From NCBI RefSeq assembly GCF_000142905.1, contig NW_013657666.1, positions 102,468 through 126,308 of the forward strand: a stretch of DNA of 23,841 nt. Reading direction: 5' to 3'. Numbering within the stretch: the stretch's first letter is position 1; every line of letters begins with the position of its first letter. The position numbers and the translations under genes are program-made. Source of the DNA: Thecamonas trahens ATCC 50062 (taxonomy: Eukaryota > Protista > Apusomonadida). This document shows, piece by piece, positions 18,916 through 23,841 of the stretch. Below the pieces are notes generated by a model. The model saw only the letters and a list, made by a program, of their open reading frames with translations. It was not told where the DNA came from and made no database searches.

Positions 18916-20742
18916 TCAGCTCCAGTTTGCGTTCCAGTTGCTCCGCATCACCCGTGCTGCCAGCGCGCGCCACGCCGCTAGCCCGCGGCTGCCCTGCGGG
19001 CCCATGCAGCTGAGCTCAAGGCTCGTCAGCCGCCGCCCGATGCCCAGCACCATCCCGAGCTCGAGCTCGGAGAAGGCCTCGACATGGGTGAGGACCAGCC
19101 GGCGGAGCTGCGGCGCCACGCCCACCAGCCACGCCACCTCAAGCAGCGACTGGACGTAGGTGCAGTGCCTAAGCTCGACACTCACCAGCGCGTGCGGCGC
19201 GCAGTTCGAGTGCGAGAGCGCAAAGCCGTCGAGCTTGAGCTCGCGCAGCACAGGCAGGCCGTCGAGAACCAGCCCAAGTTTAAGCCCAACGCCCGGCCCG
19301 GCCAATAGGTTCGCATCGTACGTCGACAGGTCCGCCGGCTCGCGCCACACCGAGAGGTGCAGCCGTTCGAGGCCGGGCGCGTCGCGGACAATGTAGTCGA
19401 GGAGCTCGCGGATGGAAAAGCCTACCGGATGCCGGCCCATGTGGAACCGCTTGAGCGCAAGTGATCGCAGCTGATGCCGCGCCCCGAGGTTGGTCAGCAA
19501 GTGCTCCACAAAGCCGAACGAGTAGTCAAGCGCCACCGTGTGGAGCTTGGGCGGGAGCCGCGGCACCTTGCGCCAGTCAATCCATGGATCCGGATCAGTG
19601 CCCAGAAACCACACTGCTGAGACCACAAACTCTTCCAGCACTGGCATGGCGCCAAACAGGATGTTGACCTCCCTCTCCGTCAGCTGCCCAGCCGGCACCT
19701 CGAGCACGCGCAGCGCATCAAAGCTACTGCCCAGTCCCAGCTGCCGGCTCACCGGTGACAGCACGTCCGTCTGCCGCAGCCGCAGCACCTCGAGCGCCTC
19801 AAGCCCTGACAGAGCGTCCAGGTACGACCCATCATCGTCTCCGCCTCCACCGGTCAGCTGCCTACGATCGCCACTGTCGCCAAAGACCTTGCAAAAGGTG
19901 AGGACGAGCTCGCGGAGCGGAGGTCGCGCCGCCGCCAGGGCCCGCAGCGCAGCTACCGAGACCGAGAACAAGCCCTCAATGGCCTCGCCGAGGAACTCGT
20001 CGCCGAGCTCGAGCACCTCGAGCTTAGGACAGAGTCGCGGCGCGAGGGCCACCACCCAGTCGCCGCACTCAAACGCCTCGCGGCGGACGACCAGCCGACG
20101 CAGCCGCGGCGCCGACGCCAGGATGTCGAGGACAAAGAGCGCCTCGGGTGCCACCACGGCCCCGCGACCAAGCGCCTCAACCATCGCCTCGGCGAGCCGG
20201 CCGGGCCGCGGTGAGAGCTGTGATGCCTGCGACGACGGCTCTGAGCTCGCGCTTGGTGCGGCGCCGGCGGCGCTCGAGCTCGCACCTCCCGCCTCATCGG
20301 CCAGCACCAGCCGCGGCATTCGTCCCGGCCGCGGATACGCCACGTCCGGGAGGACAATTTCAGTGAGCGAGAGTGGAAGCTGCGGGCCGTAGGCGTTAAA
20401 TGCACGGAAGACCCGGGCGGCGGCGCCCATGTCAAGCTCGACAAGGCCGGTGAGGCGGCCGAGGGCAAAGGCGACACCAGCATCGGTCACGCTGCCGGCG
20501 ACACGGAGGATGCGGATTGCTGGATGGGCCGAGACGAGGCGGACGAGGACCGAGTCGTCGACCCGCGCCGCAAAGGGAACAAGGTCAAGGACCCGCCACA
20601 GCGAGCCGTCGTTGGCGAGGGCGTGCCACTTGCGCGCCACCTGCGCCGCACGCCCGAGCGTCGCCCGGTCCAGCAGCGAGAAGGCATACAGCACAAGCTC
20701 CACCGGTAGCGAGTCGAATGTCCGCGGCTCCTTGGGCATCAT
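18916..20742 (-). CDS. F-box/LRR-repeat (FBXL-type) protein
   Basis: F-box FDSLPVELVLYAFSLLDRATLGRAAQVARKWHALANDGSLWRVLDL followed by LRRs (CPKLEVLEL, PLRELVLTFC, LEALEVLRL, PGLERLHLS, PVLRELKL, PQLRRLVL). ATG at 20742 or 20739. Confidence 0.88.
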   Translation of the reverse strand: MMPKEPRTFDSLPVELVLYAFSLLDRATLGRAAQVARKWHALANDGSLWRVLDLVPFAARVDDSVLVRLVSAHPAIRILRVAGSVTDAGVAFALGRLTGLVELDMGAAARVFRAFNAYGPQLPLSLTEIVLPDVAYPRPGRMPRLVLADEAGGASSSAAGAAPSASSEPSSQASQLSPRPGRLAEAMVEALGRGAVVAPEALFVLDILASAPRLRRLVVRREAFECGDWVVALAPRLCPKLEVLELGDEFLGEAIEGLFSVSVAALRALAAARPPLRELVLTFCKVFGDSGDRRQLTGGGGDDDGSYLDALSGLEALEVLRLRQTDVLSPVSRQLGLGSSFDALRVLEVPAGQLTEREVNILFGAMPVLEEFVVSAVWFLGTDPDPWIDWRKVPRLPPKLHTVALDYSFGFVEHLLTNLGARHQLRSLALKRFHMGRHPVGFSIRELLDYIVRDAPGLERLHLSVWREPADLSTYDANLLAGPGVGLKLGLVLDGLPVLRELKLDGFALSHSNCAPHALVSVELRHCTYVQSLLEVAWLVGVAPQLRRLVLTHVEAFSELELGMVLGIGRRLTSLELSCMGPQGSRGLAAWRALAARVMRSNWNANWS

Positions 20743-21046
20743 ACGCCTGCCGCGACTTTCTCCACCCCGTGCCCGCGGGCCTGTCGGCAGCGGCGACGCC
20801 GGCGGCAGCGCCAGCGCATACGCCCGCACGGCCTGGCGGCGGCGGCGGCATCGGCGGCACCCCGGTCGAGCCCCGTCGTGCCGGTGGCGTGCTAGCCATT
20901 CCGGAGAGGGGCAAGAACGAGCTGAGCGAGGGAAGTGTACCTCGGCTCGTTCCCATCCCTGCCCCTGTCCTCTGCGCCGTCATGTCGCCCTCTCGGCCCA
21001 GACCACGACCTTTTTTCGGACAGCGACACGCCAGTGGGCTTCCCTT

Positions 21047-23746
21047 TTACAGCTTGGCGCGGGTCTTCTGGGTCGACGGCTGCGACATGCCCGACCAGGC
21101 GCCCGAGGCGTTACATGCTGCCACGGCGTATGTGTATATGGTGTCGGCCTTGAGGCCGGCGTCGTAAAACATGAGGCCCGGGCCCTCGTAGACGAGCTCA
21201 AACTGCGAGCCGGGCGTCGATCGATAGACCCGGTAGGCGGTGTACGGACCGTTGGCCGCCGGCGGCGACCATGTCACCACCAGCGCTGCAGTAAAGACGA
21301 GCGGGAAGGTGGGTGGGAGCGGCGCCTGCGGGCCGCGCGGTGCCGGCGCCGATCCGGCCCGCTGCGCCCCATGGACGGCGGCGGCATTGTACGTCCGCAG
21401 GTAGTAGCCGCTGCCAGCGCCCGGGCCACTGCCGGCGCCCAATGCCGCCGCAGGCCGCGCCGCGTGCAACGCGTGCGCCGTCCGCGACTGCTCCTGCGCC
21501 AGCAGAGCCTGCTCGGTCCGCAGTGCCGCCAGCTGCGTCTGCTGCGCCTGGAACGAGGCCGACAGCGAGGCCATCAGCGGATGGGTGTACGGCGAGCTCG
21601 GCGGGACCGACCGCCGCACGCTGCCCCCAACGCCTGCGCCCGCACTCGCGCCTGCATACGCCTCATACACGCTTGGTGCCGGTGCAGCCGCATTCGCAGA
21701 TGCAGGAACATGCACTGGGGTAGGAGAGGACGACGGTGACGGTGACGATCGCTTCAGCTCGGCCAGCTGTGACTCGAGCATCTCGATCCGCCGCGCCTGC
21801 TCCTGCAGCACCGACATGGTCTCATCGCCCACACCCGGACTTCCCTCGCGTTCGGCAATCGGCGACGACGCTTCGGCTTCCACCTCTCCTGCTGCTCCTG
21901 GCACCACTGCTGATACATGCGGCCGCTCGGGTGTTGCCTCTGGCGCCGCTGCCGGCGACGCACCGTTCGGCGCATCTGCGCGGCGCTGCTTGGTCCGCCG
22001 CCGCCGCCGCCGCGGTTGGACCGGCTGAACCGGCTGGACCGGCTGGGCCGGCATGGCCTGCCCAGACTTGGCCATGCTGGCACCAGCGTCGTGGAGCTGG
22101 GCCTCGCGGGCGGCGTCGACAAGGTCAAGGATGTCGTCCGAGTCGACGGGTGCGTGCTTGTCGACCATGGTCTCGAGCATGTTGCACAGATGATCGACGA
22201 TGATGCCGGCCTCATGGGCGGCGACGGCATCGGCGAGCGGGTCAGCGTCGAGGGCGTCGCTGAGGGTGACGCGCGCGAGGGCCAGCGCATCGGCGTGCGA
22301 CGCGAGCACATCGTAGTAGTACACACAGTAGTTGAGCGAGGTCGAGAGTCTGATTGGGTCAAGCGGCGAGAGCTCGCGGCGCGCGAGCTCGTAGCCGGCC
22401 TCGTACGCGGCGTGCGCGGCCTTGACAGCTGCGCGGTGCGGGCCCGAGTCCGGCGCGGTGCACTCGGCGAGGTACCGGTGCATGTCGCCGTCGAGTGTCC
22501 GGTAGAAGACTTTTGTCTCGGGTGCCGACGATGACGGAAGCAGGTGGTCCGAGATGAGCGAGAGCAGGATGCGCGAGATGGTGTCAAGCTCGGCGTTGAC
22601 CTTGTCGCGCGAGCTCGCGAGCCTGCTGGCGTACTCTGCGTCGCGTGGCGGGCCAGTGCCCCACTGCAGCGCCTCGATGTGGAACGTCAGCAGCTGCCAC
22701 ATTGAGCGGCGGACAGAGATCGAGTTCTTGAATGCGTACGCGAGGTAGGCGCGCTGGGTCTTGGACAGCTCGTCGCCCGAGCCGCGGGCGGCCATCTTGG
22801 CCGCCTCCTCGGCCTTGGCGTCACACACGGCCGCCTGATCCGCAAGCGTGCGCCATGTGATGACGTTGCCGTCGCCGTCGTCGCGTTGCAAGTCGCCAAG
22901 CTGTGAGTCGTAGCCGCCAGGCGCCGCCGACCGCAGCGCCGCCGGCGCGCCGGCCGCCGCGGGATGAGTCCCGTCGCCGGTCGGCCGGTCGTATGTCGCG
23001 GCCGCAGGCGCCAGCGGCGCGCCCACGGTGGGTGCCAGTCCAAGCGCACTCTCCCAGCCGGCAAGGATCTTGCGGAGGTGGTTGAGAATGATCGGCGTCT
23101 GCGGGTTGAGCGGCGACGAGAGCACGTTCTCGTGGTTCGCCCGCCACTCGGTCGCCGCATTCAGCGCCTTGACCGCCACATTGTACGCCTCCTTGGTCGA
23201 GCCGAGAATCTCCCAAAGGAAGACAGCGTAGTTGAGGGCGCAGCCGAGCGCTGCCGGCGAGGCCGGCGGCAGATCAAGGGCAAGGCCGTGGGCCTGCCGG
23301 TACGCCTCGTTGCCAGCCACGACATCGGCCTCGGCCGCATCGCCGACATGCACCTCGGAGAGGTAGCGGAACACGTCGCCGCGCAGCGTGGCATACGCCA
23401 CCTTGTCCTCCATGTCGGCCGAGCCCGGCTCGAGCACGTCGGTCACCAGCGCCAGCACGCCCTGCCCAGCCGCCTCCACCTCGGCCCGGATGTTGTCGCG
23501 GAGCTCGTACAGCGGCCGCAGCTCGTCCCCCGCCGCACCTCTTGCTGCGCTGCTCTCCGCCTGCTCTGCCGCCAGCAAGTACGCCGACCTTCGTGCCGCC
23601 AGCGCCTTCTTGGCCGCATGCGCGTACCGATACCGCGCCGCGTCCGACAGCCGTCCCTCGGCCGCCGCCGCATGCGCCAGCGGCGCCGCCTCGGCGTCCC
23701 ACGACGCAGCCTCATGCAGCCAGTCGCGGAGCGTCGGCACGTTCAT
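21047..23746 (-). CDS. Tandem 14-3-3-domain protein with disordered/coiled-coil region and C-terminal fibronectin type III domain
   Basis: Domain 1 KKALAARRSAY, KVAYATLRGDVFRYLSE, LPPASPAALGCALNYAVFLWEIL. Domain 2 YLAYAFKNSISVRRSMW, KVFYRTLDGDMHRYLAE, LSPLDPIRLSTSLNYCVYYYDVL. FN3 LVVTWSPP..YTAYRVYR..GLKADTIYTYAVAACNASGAWS. Confidence 0.9.
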   Translation of the reverse strand: MNVPTLRDWLHEAASWDAEAAPLAHAAAAEGRLSDAARYRYAHAAKKALAARRSAYLLAAEQAESSAARGAAGDELRPLYELRDNIRAEVEAAGQGVLALVTDVLEPGSADMEDKVAYATLRGDVFRYLSEVHVGDAAEADVVAGNEAYRQAHGLALDLPPASPAALGCALNYAVFLWEILGSTKEAYNVAVKALNAATEWRANHENVLSSPLNPQTPIILNHLRKILAGWESALGLAPTVGAPLAPAAATYDRPTGDGTHPAAAGAPAALRSAAPGGYDSQLGDLQRDDGDGNVITWRTLADQAAVCDAKAEEAAKMAARGSGDELSKTQRAYLAYAFKNSISVRRSMWQLLTFHIEALQWGTGPPRDAEYASRLASSRDKVNAELDTISRILLSLISDHLLPSSSAPETKVFYRTLDGDMHRYLAECTAPDSGPHRAAVKAAHAAYEAGYELARRELSPLDPIRLSTSLNYCVYYYDVLASHADALALARVTLSDALDADPLADAVAAHEAGIIVDHLCNMLETMVDKHAPVDSDDILDLVDAAREAQLHDAGASMAKSGQAMPAQPVQPVQPVQPRRRRRRTKQRRADAPNGASPAAAPEATPERPHVSAVVPGAAGEVEAEASSPIAEREGSPGVGDETMSVLQEQARRIEMLESQLAELKRSSPSPSSSPTPVHVPASANAAAPAPSVYEAYAGASAGAGVGGSVRRSVPPSSPYTHPLMASLSASFQAQQTQLAALRTEQALLAQEQSRTAHALHAARPAAALGAGSGPGAGSGYYLRTYNAAAVHGAQRAGSAPAPRGPQAPLPPTFPLVFTAALVVTWSPPAANGPYTAYRVYRSTPGSQFELVYEGPGLMFYDAGLKADTIYTYAVAACNASGAWSGMSQPSTQKTRAKL

Positions 23747-23801
23747 TGCCCTCCTCTCTATCTATATGTTGCCACCGTGGCGTTGCAGTGGAGGAGTGTC
23801 A

Positions 23802-23841
23802 CCCCCCCCCCCCCCCCCCCCCTCCCCCCTCCCCCCCTCCC
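23802..23841. repeat. Poly-C / C-rich tract at window end
   Basis: Directly visible. Confidence 0.85.

Noticed and set aside
1988-23715. Many long Arg/Pro/Ala-rich alternative-frame and antisense ORFs (e.g. 1988-3850, 9643-10815, 12804-14204, 20429-21739)
   Set aside because: Expected shadow ORFs of high-GC coding DNA with few stop codons; no domain motifs.

Overview
GC-rich, intron-poor, gene-dense eukaryotic DNA with two assembly N-gaps. Its style resembles a unicellular protist, possibly an apusomonad such as Thecamonas; that assignment is inference only. About ten protein-coding genes are supported, mostly in alternating orientation. (1) A large single-pass receptor with a beta-propeller-like region, 11 PSI repeats, a TM helix and two tandem RasGAP domains, with a 1-nt frameshift near 6321-6324. 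(2) A two-TM protein with a Cys-rich loop. (3) A PTEN-like phosphatase-C2 protein. (4) An ICMT/PEMT-family methyltransferase-like protein. (5, 6) Two F-box/LRR proteins. (7) A CUE + MIU-like + BPI/TULIP-like protein. (8) A Tgl3/4/5-SDP1-type patatin lipase. (9) A tandem CAP-Gly protein. (10) A tandem 14-3-3 + coiled-coil + FN3 protein. The most striking items are the plexin-like receptor RasGAP, the single-chain double 14-3-3/FN3 protein and the ubiquitin-binding TULIP-like protein. All domain calls come from motif recognition by eye; no searches were run.
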